A program made the translations under genes and the position numbers. The notes under the pieces were generated by a model. That model was not told the origin of the DNA. It saw only the letters and a program-made list of their open reading frames with translations, and searched no databases. Of a DNA stretch of 46,817 nt, positions 45,544 through 46,817 are shown one piece after another. How positions within the stretch are numbered: the first letter of the stretch is position 1; each line of letters opens with the position of its first letter. This DNA is from Sandaracinaceae bacterium (GTDB taxonomy: Bacteria > Myxococcota_A > Polyangia > Polyangiales > Houyiibacteriaceae), in the NCBI GenBank assembly GCA_012514415.1, contig JAAZAH010000272.1, forward strand, positions 1 through 46,817, given 5' to 3'.

Positions 45544-46817
45544 ATGAATGTGAAGTCGGTCCATGAGATCGTCGGCATCCTCGGCATGGGCTATGTCGGA
45601 CTGCCCGTCGCGGTTGCCCTCGCCCGGAGCGGCCTCGAGGTGCGCGCCTACGATCACGATCGGAAGCGGATCGACGAGCTCCAAAGGGGCATCGATCGAA
45701 CGCGCGAGGTCGCCGAACCCGACCTTCTTTCGAGCGGCATTCGCTTCGATTCGGATCCCGCGGTGCTCAACGGCGTCACCTGCTTCATCCTCACAGTGCC
45801 AACACCGATCGATGAGTCGCGACGACCCGATCTCGGCTTTTTGCGCGCGGCTTGCGAGACCGTGGGTGAGTGGCTCGATAAGGGCGCGCTCGTCATCGTC
45901 GAATCTACCGTGTATCCGGGAATCACCGAGGAGTTTTGTGCGCCCATCATCGAGCAACGTTCGGGGCTTCGTGCCAATGAGGACTTCATGCTCGCCTATT
46001 CGCCCGAGCGGATCAATCCGGGGGATGCTGCAAAAAGCTTCTCCGATGTCGTGAAAGTGATCGCGGCCTCCTCGCCGGCTGCGCTCGATCGCGTCGAGAA
46101 GATCTACCGTGGCGCAGCGAAAGCTGGACTTCATCGGGCGTCCTCCATCAAAGCGGCGGAGGCGTCGAAACTCCTCGAAAATACCCAGCGCGATCTCAAC
46201 ATCGCGCTGATGAATGAGCTGTCGTTGATCTGCGATCGACTGGGTATCCCGACGCGCGATGTGATCGAGGCTGCCTCGACGAAGTGGAACTTCCTCCCGT
46301 TCAAGCCGGGGCTTGTTGGCGGTCATTGCATTGGGGTTGATCCCTACTATCTCACCGCCTGCGCAGAGCAGCTCGGCCATCATCCTGAAATGATCCTCGC
46401 CGGTCGCCGCATCAACGACGCGATGGGGCGATTCGTCGCTCAGAAATGCCTCAAACTTCTCGTTGCTCGCGGCATTTCCATCGGGGAGGCTTCCATCGGC
46501 GTCTTTGGCATCACCTTTAAAGAGAACATCCCCGATCTCCGAAATAGCCGCGTTCACGATCTCGTCTCGGAGCTTCGGTCTTATGGAGTCCGGCCTTGGG
46601 TCGTCGATCCTGTCGCCGATCCGGAAAGGGCGCGAGCGCTCTATGGTGAGCTTCTCATCGAACCGAGCGCGGTTCCCGCCCTCGACGCCCTGATCCTCAC
46701 AACCCCGCATCGTGCGTTTCTCGAAGAGGGCGAGGCGCGCCTTATCCGTCAACTCAAGGAGGGAGGCGTTCTCCTCGACGTGCGCGCTTCTCTCAACCCT
46801 AAAAGCCTCCCCGAAAC
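45544..46817 (+). CDS. Nucleotide-sugar 6-dehydrogenase (UDP-GlcNAc/GalNAc dehydrogenase, TviB/WbpA/CapL-like); 3' end off the window
   Basis: My own translation is open from ATG 45544 (or GTG 45550) to the window end. Motifs are GILGMGYVGLPVAVALA, AYSPERINPGD and GGHCIGVDPYYL. It is absent from the ORF track because no stop occurs in the window. The 404-aa minus ORF opposite it is a shadow. Confidence 0.85.
   Translation, partial: MNVKSVHEIVGILGMGYVGLPVAVALARSGLEVRAYDHDRKRIDELQRGIDRTREVAEPDLLSSGIRFDSDPAVLNGVTCFILTVPTPIDESRRPDLGFLRAACETVGEWLDKGALVIVESTVYPGITEEFCAPIIEQRSGLRANEDFMLAYSPERINPGDAAKSFSDVVKVIAASSPAALDRVEKIYRGAAKAGLHRASSIKAAEASKLLENTQRDLNIALMNELSLICDRLGIPTRDVIEAASTKWNFLPFKPGLVGGHCIGVDPYYLTACAEQLGHHPEMILAGRRINDAMGRFVAQKCLKLLVARGISIGEASIGVFGITFKENIPDLRNSRVHDLVSELRSYGVRPWVVDPVADPERARALYGELLIEPSAVPALDALILTTPHRAFLEEGEARLIRQLKEGGVLLDVRASLNPKSLPE

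Noticed and set aside
45538-46752. 404-aa minus-strand ORF, the only long ORF listed here in the track
   Set aside because: The plus strand encodes an open-ended nucleotide-sugar dehydrogenase with classic motifs (GMGYVGLP, GGHCIGVDPYYL). The minus ORF has no motifs and is a shadow.

Overview
This is a GC-rich bacterial chromosomal segment with strong third-position GC bias, so many long antisense shadow ORFs appear in the six-frame track. The gene content and protein style suggest a Myxococcota/deltaproteobacterium-like organism, but that is inference only. I support about 44 protein-coding genes, one tRNA-Pro(CGG), a few intrinsic terminators and two tentative promoters. Most genes are housekeeping: nagZ, pcnB, coaX, murI, rseP, rsmB, glmU, hemA, hemC, a ccsA/hemX-like gene, a CoA-transferase and an HdrD/DsrK-like Fe-S oxidoreductase. 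Signalling and envelope genes are interspersed: an FHA protein, a PilZ protein, a sensor kinase-like protein with no ATPase domain, a REC-XRE response regulator, several secreted hypotheticals and a second RseP paralogue. The 3' end holds a sugar/lipid-modification neighbourhood: an SDR, a SpsF-like/aldo-keto-reductase fusion, a broken acyl-CoA synthetase, a patatin and a nucleotide-sugar dehydrogenase that runs off the window. I found no CRISPR array, transposase, integrase, prophage, toxin-antitoxin pair or recognisable defence system. The observations most worth a second look are these: (1) an otherwise intact acyl-CoA synthetase gene with two in-frame stops at conserved codons; (2) a multi-sensor histidine kinase-like protein that ends right after its H-box/DHp domain; (3) an FHA gene plus a secreted protein of four Cys-pair repeat modules, divergent from a PilZ-TM protein; (4) a cytidylyltransferase/aldo-keto-reductase fusion. 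No claim of a new system can be made from sequence reading alone, and all family calls rest on motifs read by eye.
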